Assembly (NCBI GenBank): GCA_965287045.1
Contig: OZ336872.1
Span: forward strand, 33,728,001 to 33,792,000
Reading direction: 5' to 3'
Origin: Carcharhinus amblyrhynchos
Taxonomy: Eukaryota
Length of the DNA stretch: 64,000 nucleotides
Shown here: piece by piece, positions 12,361-24,650 of the stretch
How positions within the stretch are numbered: the first letter of the stretch is position 1
Layout: every line of letters begins with the position of its first letter
Translations under genes and position numbers: made by a program
Notes under the pieces: generated by a model
Told to the model about the DNA's origin: nothing
Databases searched by the model: none
Seen by the model: only the letters and a program-made list of their open reading frames with translations

Positions 12361-15300
12361 CCTCATGTAATAAAACTCATTTGTTAATGCTTATAATCCT
12401 TTACTTTTGAATTCACTTTAGGTTAGATTTGAAACAAGCTGGCTAAACAATCTTAGATTTCGTGTCACACTACAGAAGATCCAATATTGAATTTTCAGTC
12501 CACTCTTTTGAAGTTTGTCATTTGTCTAAAACATTTAATATTTCTAATGTCTGCCTTTTATGAAATATTACATCGATCTGCTAAACCTAGAGAAAACTCT
12601 GGGCCACTGCCAATGACATAATGAATTGAATAAAAGAGATTAATGTAATCAGGACCTTATGATTACTGATTCAACCTTGGTGCAAAAGTGGGGAATGCTA
12701 AAATAGCACACTCTCATTCTAGGAATTGTACACGTGGACAATAAATCTAGTCCCAAAACATGAACTGAACAACTGTTCTAATTGCCAATTTGGCCACATT
12801 TTACGTATTTTCCATGGCATTTCAAATGCTATTTTTAATGATTTCCACAATTAACCAGTTTTTACATGGGGATCTTTTGAAAATTTATGATACTGATAGT
12901 TTTCAAAAACCTTCCTTGGTGTCTCAAGAAAGAATGAAGTTTAATTAACTATGGGGAAGATTTATAGTGTTCACTGTTCATGGCAAAATTATAATTGTAT
13001 TTCATGATGATCATAAATAATCCTCCAAAAGGATGTCCTAAAATTGAATTGATACACCCTCCTTTAAACTAATTATCATAGTTAATTATGTGGATATTTA
13101 TTAGTGAAAATGGACATTTTCTTATATCAGAAGTCTTAACTTCTGCCATTGCATATTCTCCACAGAATTTCAGTCATAACAACCATGAATAACTGCCTAG
13201 TTACCACCAGTAATTTCTCATGGTTGCTATGCTACATTGTACAACATTACTCCTACAACACATAGGAAACATGCTTTTAATTTGTAAGTGGGATGGAATT
13301 AATTTTCCTGTGGAACAATATTCATATGCTTGGTATCTTTCTCCAATGCCTGTGAAATATAAAAATGGGAGCTATTTAAATCACAAATGCTGAAATTTAC
13401 TATATGAAAAAAGCATTTTACATTGAGATTGGTTCCCCTTGAAGAATTAGTCAGTCACAAAATTGTGGAGTTGGATGCTCATGTGATTGATGAATGATAC
13501 TGTCTGATAATCTGCCACCTCAAACCTCACATTATAAAAAGATAGCAACACTTCAAATAGACTGCATTGGAATACTCTTATTCATCTGCAATCAAATATG
13601 GATCTAAGGTGCAAATCGTTATTGAGTATTATGTTTTTTGAAAATGTGAATGTTCTATATCCTTAGTAATTTTTAAACCTTGATGTGATACAGTACATGA
13701 GAATATGTAACCTACATCCTCGTTCATTGCCATACATGTTAATGATATACTATTTCTCACTTAATCTTGTGAATAAAATGCAAGACCATTCAGCCAGACA
13801 GTTGAAGTCTTCGCACCAAGGTGGTTCAATTCCAGAATTATCTGCATATTTATACTACCCCTCACCCCATTCTGCATTTTAAAAAGAAAGTTGTTCCCAA
13901 AAATGTTTGGTTACATTACACATACTTGGCCATTCTGCGCTTGGACTGATTTCAGGCTATTCATTATTGTGAAGGTGACCTCCACATTTATGCTCTGCCC
14001 TGGATCTCTATGAGGATACCTTGAATATTCACCTGTAACATCATAATGAGCATCCAATTTATGTCAATGTTTCACTTCCTTTACCCTGAACAGAACAGAA
14101 CATCTCAGCTAACAAATTATGCATGATTAATGTAACATATAATAACTGCAATTAAACTGAAAATGCAAGAAACTCATTGTGTATTAGCTACCAAAGATAC
14201 AGGAAATAATGATAATTGACCCATTAGTACACTGCAGCATTTCAGTTAAGTCACCTCCTTTTACTGTATGTATTGCAATACAAAATCCAGTAGCTGGCAT
14301 AGGTGGGGTTAAGGTCAGCTAAGTGAACACTTAAATCTCTTTCTAAGGAAACTGTATCACATGCTGTTTTCATTGTGCCAGATTTAAGAGTAATGTACAT
14401 ATTCCTGAAATGACTGTCAGATCAGATGAAATAACAATGTCACAATACTACCCCCCACTCCCATCCTCATAACTGAAGTTGCAGGGAGGGAAGGGAAAAG
14501 TTCTGTTCATTTTAAAAAAAAGCTTTATGTGTAGTAATGCATGATTTTACAGATAGGGATTTCGTACAATCTGTCGTAATTTTTTTGAGAAGATAAATTT
14601 TATGAATACACAGTTTATGCCTTTATGCTGCAAATCCCTGCTCCTTACACCTGGATTTCTGCCAATTCTAAACCCAGAACACAAGGACAAAAGCTATGGT
14701 CAGTGGTTTAAGTGCACAAAACACTGTGAAGACTTGAATATTTTCAAACCTGATGTTGCTATATATAACATTCAAGTCTGCTACCCTTTGTTAATTTTGT
14801 CATAAGTGTGGGCACTGTAGGTTTAAATGCATTGACTTTGAGAAATAAAAACTGGAATTCCAGCAATCTTTCTTAATGAGTTGTGATCATTTCCACCATT
14901 AAGCTTAAATACCACACGAGGAAACCTAATTTACAAGAAAATAAAATTGACCTACAGCTTGTAAGTGCTGTGGGTCATTGGTCAATGAATGTTCAGTTGC
15001 TCCAGGTATTCATTGATTTATGTCCAGCAGTAAATACAAAAAGCTTCTATCATTATACTTAATGAAATTGTGTGCTAATAGCTAATTATTTGCAAATGTA
15101 AATGAGCGGACCTGGTTTCAATTCCTCCTCTTTGATTTGCATTTCACCCTAAGGCATTTTGGGTTTGGTAGAATGAAGAACCTTAATACTGAAAGCCTCA
15201 GATACTTAAAATGGTTTTGCTGATTATGAGAGAAGGCAAAATTTGTGTGAAAAACCTTTTGCTTCAAATTTATCTCATATAATTTGTAAGGGAACACAGT

Positions 15301-15456
15301 CTGCCCCAATCCTGCTCAAAGGTGCAGGAGGTTAGATTAATCAAATCAAGTGTTTAATTTTAAAATTTCATGTTAGGAGTAGATGAGAATGAAAAAGTTA
15401 ATGTGGCCATGGTACACAATCAGAAGTGTGATGCTGTTTGGTTATATTTAGGCTTG

Positions 15457-15474
15457 CACTGCCATCTGTTGTCC
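15457..15474 (-). promoter_or_regulatory. CTCF-like motif
   Basis: Minus strand GGACAACAGATGGCAGTG, in an interval with no recognisable repeats. Confidence 0.4.
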
Positions 15475-15849
15475 AGAATTTCACCTGCAATTCCTTGGCT
15501 GTCCAAGGATTTTGCTTTTAATCAAATATGTCTGAAAGCTGGAAGCTAAATTTTGCTATAATTACATAGCATGGGAAAATATTGCTCCTTTTTAAATGAG
15601 CCACATCAAAATGGTGATGCCTTTTGTGTGGTTCTGACTGTGGCGGGAGAGCACAGTCTGATCCCTCAGCTGTCTCTTTTCTCTTTGGCGTTGGATAAAT
15701 TCCACTCCATTTACTTCATTTGCACCATCTAAAAGCCCCTGTATCCTTCAGGATTTTTAATTTTCAATTTTTGGATCTTTTCTCCTTTCTCAGTATTTTT
15801 CATGTCTTTTTATTCCTTTAGCTGGTTTTGGTTCTTTTAATGTCTCGGA

Positions 15850-17580
15850 GATAGGAATGTGTGAAAAGCATTAGGCCATTCAGAGCCTTAAGCATGTTCC
15901 ACCATTCAGTTGCATGATGGCAGATCTGTGCCTCGACTTTATTTGCCTGTCTTTTTTCCATATCCGTTCCTATCCTAATAAAAGTCCATTAATCTCAGTC
16001 GTGAAAATTTAAACTGACCTAGTGTTTTTAACTTTTTATATGAATGTAGTTCAGAATTCACTCCTGAATAGAATATTTAATTTAAGATTTCTCTCTGTCG
16101 TTGTGGATTCTGCCACCACAGGAAATAACTTATTTGTATCTACTCTTATCAAATCCTGTAATCACCTTAAATACATTGATTAGATGACCCTTCAATATTC
16201 TAAGCACAAGCAAAGTAAAATTATGTTTATGCATCCTGTCCTAATAATGTGACTGTTTAAAGCCTGGTATTTGGTGAATCTGTACAGTTTCCCATCTAAT
16301 TCCAACATATTGGTGCCCAAAACTGAATGCTGTAGTGCAGATGAGGTTTGGTCAAGACTGCGCGGCAGAAGCATCATTTCCTCAATTTTGAACTCCAACT
16401 TGTTATTCACCGTTTTGGTTACTTTTGTTTTTGATTGTGCCTTTAAATGAACATTTAATAATCTGGATACATGGACACCTATATCCTTTTTCTCCTTTGC
16501 AGCAATTAGTCTCCCACCATTAAGAAAATATTCCAAATTTCTGTTTCAAATCCAATGTGTATAGCCTTCCACTTACCTACGTTAAACGCCAAATGCCATA
16601 CATTTTCCTACAAAGTTAGTCACTCTATAACCTTGTACAACTTCCCACTCCCCATCATATTTGGAGTTGTTGCAGATTTTGATATACAATTCTGCATTCT
16701 TTCATCCAAGGCCATCACAGATTCCTGGGCAACCACTGCTTGTTACATCCAAGCAATCTGAGGACAAGATTTTCATGTCAAATCTGGCACCTGAAACCCA
16801 ATCAATTATTGATCCATGTTAGAAGGTTATCTCCAATTCCATGCCCATTTAGCTTCCAATAATCTCATGTATAGAACTTCATGGATGTCTTGTGGCGTGG
16901 CGGGTAGTGCATATGCCTCTGACCCAGAAACTCCAGGTTCATGTCCCACTCCAGGATTTGATAACCAAGGAAGGTGCATTCATAATGTGGCCAAACAGGT
17001 TGAGTGTAAATCTACAAAATTCTTCCAACACACCAATGGGTGGCAGTAAGAGCAGGAGGGAATTCTGATCAACCATATTTGATGCATAATTCCGCTCGTC
17101 ATCTCATAAGCCCCTGGCAACAGACTAGCAATCCCCTGTTTCAGGAATAACTAGCTATAGAAACAAGTGAAAGTCTGCCTTAGTGTGCAGAAAGAGAAAA
17201 GAAGAAAAAAGTAGAACCTCATCAAATGCCTTCTTGAGGTTCATGTGAACAACATTCATAGGCACCATGCTAATGATCTTCTCAAAACATTCAGTTATTC
17301 AGAAGCAACCTGCATTTAACAACTCCAGGCTGACTCTCCATGAAGAGTTTCTAATAGTTCAAGTGCTCAGCCACTTTGTCCTGCTGATAGTTTCAAGTAA
17401 ATTCCTTTAACTGATGATTTTCCCTACAATCTCTTCTTAAATAATGGTGGGAAGCTTGCAACTTGACACTCCAGAAAGCATTCTCCAGAATCTAGAGAGC
17501 TTTGGAAAATTATGGCTGGCATATCTGCAATTCCACTGCATATTGGAGTGGACCATCAGTTCCTGGAATATTTTCTGTCT
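15850..17580 (-). mobile_element. Old CR1 LINE fragment (with SINE insertion)
   Basis: ORF 16192..16536 YFLNG..EKKDIGVHV, and a CR1-type 3' UTR at 15850-15940. Confidence 0.75.
16883..17211 (+). mobile_element. tRNA-derived SINE with TSD
   Basis: A-box TGGCGTGGCGGG, B-box GGTTCATGTCCC, GAA/A-rich tail. Flanked by TAGAACTTCAT (16872) and TAGAACCTCAT (17212). Confidence 0.75.
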
Positions 17581-19464
17581 TTTAAATCAACTGAGTTTCT
17601 TCCTTTATATTGCTGTATATTGTTCTCTTCCTCGATTATGGAAAAGTATTCAGTCATCATCTGTTTTCTAATTACTTCTTCTAACAACTCTCTATGTTTC
17701 TAATAAACATTTGGCAGTCAATTAACTATTAATTTATTTTATGATTACAAGTTCTATTGTTTCCCTCCAGTGGCCTACGGAGAATTTTGGAGTTCAGGTA
17801 AAGGTTCTACATCAGAAGTGTTAACTTGGCTTTTCTCCTTACAGATGTTATGAGCTACTTGTATTTTCCATTTTTATTTTGCATTGGGTATTTGCTGGTT
17901 TGATGGTCCTTTGCTTCTGTGGCCAGAATTTTACCAGCCCACCTGCCACAGGAATCAGAGCAGGTGAGGGGTGGGGCATGGGAAGGTCCGTTGACTTTGG
18001 GTTGGGATTTTACGGTTTTGGGATCAGCCAGGCCTTAAAACTTCACCCTCTGTGTCAATGTGCTGATTTGCAAAAGACACATTTTGAACTTGCTGTTGCA
18101 TCAACTTTATTTTAAAACGCATCTCTCCACATCCCTTATCCACAAGGGAATAATAAATTCCTTTCAGAGAGACAAAGAGCTCTTTTTGGTAGCGCTGCAA
18201 GCAGACAGAGAAATGAAGCTGGGATGATCTCAGTTCAAAGCAGTCAAACTGTTTTGCTTGTCAGTTTAAGAAAACCAGAAAGTAGTTTTATACATGCTAG
18301 TTGATGAAAGGAGTTTCCGGAACTTGAAGAACATGAAGCAGCAGGGCACAAATTGATACCTAATGATTCCTTCATTGCAGGTACCAATTTCAATTTGGAG
18401 GGAGTCATTTAATTGCTTATAAGGCAGAAACAAATTAGAAAAAAACGAACTCAGATCCTCAGCAGTATGTTAATTTTGCCAACAGCTGAAGCACTGGTTA
18501 TTTGCCTGGAACTTTGATGAAAGACTAATAAGTATGATGATCTGGCAAGGGGAGGAAAGAGAATCTACCTTTTTAATACAATCACATCATCATAACCAAT
18601 GGTTCATTGGAATATACAGATTGTCTAATTTCCATTAACTTAGTTAAAATGGATTTATAATGCAGATCTTTCATCCATCAGACATGCAACATTGCTACAC
18701 ATTTAAATTGTTTTTGATGCAATAATTTGAATGCTTGTCGTTGGGTCATGAGTTCCACTCATAATGAGGATTTTTAATAAGCCTGCAGTCTTCCTTTCTT
18801 AAACTTTTTTTTCAAAACTCTGGAGCAAAACACATGTTGTTCAGTGTATGAAAGGTGCTAATTGTCATAGTTACTACATTAAATGTTTAATGATTGTTTA
18901 GTTTTGTGCTTTACTCAAAGTAAAAATAGTCACATGGCTGTTAAATTGGACAATCTAGGCCAGTTATTTTATAATATGAAGATCTCTTCCAATTAACTCC
19001 TACCTCCCAAAGTGAATTAATAATTCATTATGAAAATTTGTATTTGACCCCCAGAGAATGTTACTATTTCTGCACCACATTACAATATAGAAATAAAGTA
19101 GTTCTCAGCAAATCTAGTCAATACACTCCACCCTCACTTTGACATATGAAATTGTGGTCTTCAAATGTCTATATTCTTATGCAGAGCGTGCAGTAAGCAC
19201 TTTATTCTAATGTGGGTGTTTTAATATTATTTCCTTTCCTCCTACTTAGCACAAAATTGTTAGCTATTATAAATGATGAAAAATATTTAGCTGTAGGATT
19301 TTAACAAGGTTAATGTAATCCATTCTGAAAGCTCCATGTCAGGTATGTCAGTGTTATGAACTGCATGTATTTCTTTTCCCCTGAAAGCAAGTGAAGCTGG
19401 GGCTCTGGGACTTTGAGTATCTGGCTATGATCCAACAGGGTTACATTTTATTTTTGCCTTTCAG

Positions 19465-19649
19465 TATGCAGCAGCCCACCAGTGAACATGACTGTGCAGC
19501 CAGTGAACAGATCTGCATTACTCGTCACATGGAATAGGCCAGAAATCATCTACCATCCTCCCATTATGAACTATTTGATCTCCTACAGCTGGACAAAAGA
19601 TGAGGGGGAGAAAGAGCAAGCTTTCACCAAAAAGAATGATAACAACTTG
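19465..19649 (+). CDS. PTPRG: PTPRG exon, N-terminal part of the FN3 domain (phase 1 to 0)
   Basis: Acceptor tttttgcctttcag| and donor TTG|gtaagt. Translates (V)[61 protein letters not shown], matching the recalled vertebrate [27 protein letters not shown] segment. Confidence 0.95.
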
Positions 19650-19786
19650 GTAAGTAACCCCCACCCCCATGGACAGAGATCTGCCTGTGTTCATTTGCAA
19701 TGTAAATATCAGTATTTATTAGCAGGCAATGTTCCCTCTTAATTTTTGCTCAGCCATGCTTGCTATTTTTCACAGTCGACACCATA

Positions 19787-19985
19787 TCTATTTCATATTA
19801 ATTGTGTTTAATTGTATTCAGATGGTGGACATTAACTGGGTTTAAAACTTAAGCACATATAAAGCAACACATTGGTTGCGTTAGGAGGTTATGCGTGCGA
19901 TGTTTAAGTCTGTAAATAACTGTGGGCCTGAATAAAGATTGTGTCTAGCACTGTCCTTCACCAGCTGGTTGACCAGAGATTAACA
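19787..19985 (+). mobile_element. Solo LTR of the same Copia family
   Basis: atattaattgtgtttaattgtattcagatggtggacattaactgggtttaaaacttaagcacatataaag aligns with the reverse complement of ~58890-58965. Has TATA-like tataaa, AATAAA at 19931 and ends in ..ttaaCA. Confidence 0.6.
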
Positions 19986-21138
19986 CAGTGAAGCCTGAAA
20001 TCTCTTTCAATGTCATGAATAAACATGTGTACTATGTAACATTAGAAGGGAAGCAATGGACATGGTGGCACAGCAGTTAGCACCAGGGACCCAGGTTCAA
20101 TTTCTGACTTGGGTCGCTGTCTCTGCAGAGTCTGCATGTTCTCCGCATGTCTGCGTGGATTTCCTCCCACAGTCCAAAAGGCATGCTGGTTAGGTGCGTT
20201 GGCCATGCTAAATTCTCCTTCTGTGTACCCGAACAGGTGCTGGAGTGTGACGACTAGGGGATTTTCACAGTAACTTCATTGCATTATTAATATAAGCCTA
20301 ATTGTCACACTAACATATAAACTGAGACATACAATTAATTTTTTCATTGGATGTGGGCACCACTAGCAAAAACAGCATTTGCTGCCCAACCCTAATTTCC
20401 CTTGAACTGAATGGTCTGCTGGGCAGTCATTATAATGGATCTGGAGTCATGTACAGGCAATCCAGGTAAGAATGCCCTGAAGGACATTAGTGAACTAGGA
20501 AGGTTTTTAACAACAATGAATGATAGTAAGAGTGTCAATGAAACTGAGCCAAGCTTTCAATTCCATGTTTTAATTTATTAAGTTCTATCAGCTGCTGTGG
20601 TTGGATTTCTCATCATGTTCTGAGTGTGTTAACCTGGATCTGTGGATTACTGTTCCATTGATATTACCACTACACCAACATCTTCCCCCTAAAAATACTA
20701 CAGTAGTAAGCTAGAGAACAATGAAGTCCATCAATTTTTTTGCCAGCTTCAAGTATGTCATTTTGAAGCATCAATGTTTGGATCCCTAAAATTGTATTTG
20801 TATTGTTGTTGAAATGTTGAAGTTATGGCTTCTAATTTTAAGCATCACTGTTGCCAATAGCTGTAAATGTCAACTCTAAGCCAGCAGCTGTAAATGTAAC
20901 TTAAAATTATCATTTTTTAAAGAATCAATACACACAGCCCAGAAAAGCTGATAAAAACAGCTTTAAAAAGCTAATAATTTATAAAAAACGGAAATATAAC
21001 CTTGAATAAAAAAGGGCCTGCCATAAAAGCCACTGATTAAAAGCAAATAACTAAGCTAAAGTTCTTTATATTACACTGTATTTTTAAAACACTTATGCTT
21101 GGGACTGTCAACAAGATTTTATATCTCGCCCATTCTTA

Positions 21139-22244
21139 GGGGGCGATCTTACTGGCTCATCGTGTCAGTTGATGGCGGGGCGAGCCGGTAAAATCATGTG
21201 AGAAATGAAAGATTTCTCGCTCTCGTGATCTTACCTGTGTGATCAGCCTTGTGCCCTTTCCAGGTGTGAGGCTGATTTTAATATTTAAATTTTAATTGTC
21301 TGGGCTTACTTGTCTTAACGGCCATGCCGGTGAAAGTCCCCACTGGCGAGGATCATGTAAGGTCCCCATCATTGGGGACTTGACATGCTGGCCTCACAGG
21401 TAGGACTGGAGACCAGTGAGGTGCCCCGGGTGGTCAGGACAGGGGGGTTGTCAGCATGGCACTGCCAGCCTGAGATCCTGGCACTGCCATCTTGGGACCC
21501 TGGCACTACCTTGTTACTGACCTCCAGACATCCTGGCACTGCTATGATGAGCAGGGTCTAAGAGAAGGCATGCAGCTCAAGAAACTGTGTATTCTGCAGT
21601 TGTCAATTGACTGCTGGGGAGGGGGTTGTTGGTGGTGGAGTTGCATACTCTGCAATCAGCGATCGGCTGGGGAGGGAGACACTCATCGATTGGCTGGGGG
21701 GTGGAGACATGCATTCTGCAGCAATCGGTTATTGGCTGGTTTGGGGCAGTGATCAACCAGACTCGGGGAAGGGGTAGGTGATTGACTGGTGGTGGTGGTG
21801 GGGTGGTGGGGCAGTGATCATCCAGACTCGGGGAAGGGGGTAGGTGATTGACTGGTGGTGGTGGGGGGGGGGGGGGGGGGTGGGGGGGGGGTGTGGGGTG
21901 TGGATGCGAATGTCAGAAGCACCAGGGGTTTTTGGGGCAACAGTATCCAATTGGGAGAGCATTTGGCCAAACATCTGCGGGGGGAGGGGGCTTGGTGGTA
22001 GTGGTGGTTTGAATGGGTGATATCCATGTGGTGACTGACAGATCTCTCGATTCTGTTGCACATCGCACCCTCTAGTGGCTTTCTGGCGAGAATGGACTCT
22101 GTCCACTCCCTCTATTGGCAAGAATCAGATCCTGCATCATTTTCTGCACCAGGTGGCGTAAGATTTCATTTGTGGCCTCAGATCTGAAACTCTCCCATTT
22201 TCACACGTGCAGCACCTAGAGTTTTTTTTGGTAAGATTGCCCCC
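21139..22244. mobile_element. Non-autonomous GC-rich DNA element with 14-bp TIRs
   Basis: TA|GGGGGCGATCTTAC ... GTAAGATTGCCCCC|TA (13/14 inverted match), with an internal G-rich tandem repeat. Confidence 0.7.
21744..21900 (+). repeat. Two ~65-bp G-rich tandem units plus a poly-G tract
   Basis: gcagtgatca.ccagactcggggaagggg(g)taggtgattgactggtggtggtgg occurs twice. Confidence 0.85.
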
Positions 22245-22899
22245 TAGTTTCCCAAAGAAGGTTGAGTTTCTGCAGTCCTTATTCTGACCATAGTGCTATG
22301 ATGGTATTAAATAGGGAAGACCAAGACGTTGGCTCAGCAACAATGATGAAATGACAATACATGTGCAAGTGTGGAACAGCTTAACTGCTTTGCATTGACT
22401 TTTAGCCTGAATCCTGCAAGCAAGTGAGGTTGAACATTTGGCCAGGACCACAGAGGTATATGCTATATAAGCACAGGGTACAGTGTGAATCAGGTGAAGA
22501 TTACTGGGGGGATAAATTCTTGGAGACCGGACTGGTTGACCACATGAACCAACTCCTGGGAAATAAAGACATGATACTCACTGTTTTGTTCAATCAGGGC
22601 CCAGTTAAGTTAAAAGTGCTCCTGTAATTCATATCCAAAGCACTCAGATGAAACAGTGGGTGGGATTTTCTGGCCACATGCAACCCAAGACTGGAAATCC
22701 CCGCCATTGCTCAACATACCTTTAAATGGTCCACTGAATTTTCTGTCTCGCCTCTGAGTCCTGCAGCTGGTGGGCCATTATTGGGATGGTTATTGCTCTT
22801 ATTGCTCTGGCCAGTGACTGAGCTGAAACCATTGAAAAGGAGAGTATCCTCATACCTAATCCGCTTTCTCACACTATTTCCTTCTCATCCCACTATTTC

Positions 22900-23870
22900 T
22901 TCTGATTTACAAACTGCATTTAGTTTAAGTCTGCCGCTCTTACCTCTACCACTGTTCCTCATAGCCTCACAACGCAAGTCACCCTTGTCCCATTTTTCTC
23001 AGTGATCTAAGAGTCCAATCAGGCCAGACAATGGTGGAACATTGGGAAGAAATGAGCAGCTCAGATACATGCACTGAGCATATCTGAGAGGATAAATTAG
23101 ATGCAGGACCTACATGTAGTGAGACACAGCCCATGAGTGGGCTGAAACCTGGGAAGGAATCTGGATAATGCAGGTTCCAGCTTACCATAGTGCTAAGGTC
23201 TCACAGAGGTTCCACTGCAGAGAGCTCAGGTGAGCAGTTCATTGGGGAAGCCTAGAGAAAAACTCTGGAGGAAGTACAACAAAATGCTTGGTGCACTGGG
23301 AACCCTGCCATAAGCTTGTGTTCAATGTCATGGAACATAGATGAGTCTGGGATCAACCTGGCATGGGACTTTTTCCATCCATTCCAGCATGGAATTATTA
23401 GCCGATATATTCACACACCTGCAGACTCAGCCCTGATGCAACTTCTGCTAGCCATTGCTGCAGCTTCCATTGTAGTACAAGCAACAGCCATCTAGTGTCT
23501 GAGTACTACATTGAAAGATCAGACTGCCACCATTATCGTTGTGGATTACACTATTTGAAGGGACTATACAGGATGTCACTTCATGTCCAATGATCTTCCT
23601 TCCAAAAGATGATGAGGATTGCTGGGGTGCTGTTGTGGTTGGATGGCAGTGGCTTCTTGGAATACAAACCTCAGGAAGGTTTGCTCAGGAAGACAGCATT
23701 TGTTCTTTGGTTCCTTCCACTTTGTTGATGTCCTTATTGTAGTCTGTCAACCAGCTATGCACATCGCTGCTCTCCATGTTGAAGTGAGACCATTAACAAT
23801 TGGACACTGTCGGTCTGCTGTATCACATTTTGTGGGACAGCCTAGCTTTCAATGTATGCAAACTGCACAC
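22900..23870 (+). mobile_element. Probable second (Myb/SANT-type) gene remnant of the same Harbinger element
   Basis: Decayed frame MLGALGTLP.SLCSMSWNIDESGINL near 23284, homologous to 1700-1840(-) and 11650-11800(-). Convergent with the transposase remnant at 24370-24650. Confidence 0.45.
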
Positions 23871-24080
23871 ATTTGAGAACTGTGTATCAGAGTCATGAAC
23901 CATGTAGTGAGGTCAGAGACCTTGCTGCAGATTGCTGCAGACTGAAGGCATGGCTGCTGCTAGAATACCAAGCATTAACTTGTATGATTCACTGTTTTTG
24001 CTCATACATCAACTACATGTTGAGGGAGTGGAATCCCTTTCAGCTCTGATATAGGATAGAGTTGACTTGTGGTATCCTTA

Positions 24081-24340
24081 GAGTTGAGGACGAACTTCTT
24101 CACTCAAAGGGTGGTGAATCTCTGGAATTCTCTGACCGTTGAAGTGGTGGAGGCTACCTCGCTAAATATATTTAAGTCACGGGTAGATAGGTTTCTGATA
24201 GACAGGGGAATTAAGGGTTATGGGGAGAAAGCGGGAAAGTGGAACTGATCTACTTCAGATCAGCCATGATCTTATTGAACAGCGGGGCAGGTTCAAAGGG
24301 CTAGATGGCCTACTCCTGCTCCCATTTCTTATGTTCTTAT
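24081..24340 (+). mobile_element. CR1 3' end
   Basis: NFFTQRVVNLWNSL and a terminal (TTCTTATG)n repeat. Highly similar to 33630-33890. Confidence 0.9.
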
Positions 24341-24369
24341 GGCTTTAGAGAATGAAATATAGTTAGCTT

Positions 24370-24650
24370 GCATTGAAGAGAGAGCCTCGGTGCCCTCTCT
24401 TAAACAACATTGGCAAAATGCATAATGTAGTAAATATCTCCAGCTCCAGCCAGATGTATAAAAGCTCATCATGATAGCCACCTTTGCAGCTACTGGTAAT
24501 GTGGTACTTGCCCTGCACAGAGGTTGCAGTAGTGGCTATAGCAGGTGGTGGATTTCAGAGAGGGTATCCTTACTGAAGAATAGATATCTCATGCATTGTT
24601 CTTTGCTGTGATTCAAATAGAAGAATTGCTCTCTGAAGACCCGTGTACAT
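24370..24650 (-). mobile_element. PIF/Harbinger transposase remnant (N-terminal HTH region)
   Basis: Translates RVFREQFFYLNHSKEQCMRYLFFSKDTLSEIHHLL*PLLQPLCRASTTLPVAAKVAIMMSFYTSG..AGDI, like HARBI1-family LPVAVKVT.ALNFYASGSFQ..GD. Confidence 0.75.

Noticed and set aside
1-19464. Search for the preceding carbonic-anhydrase-domain exon (YLRNNFRP motif)
   Set aside because: Not found by eye. ttccgaccacag at ~2525 lacks the surrounding frame and splice sites.
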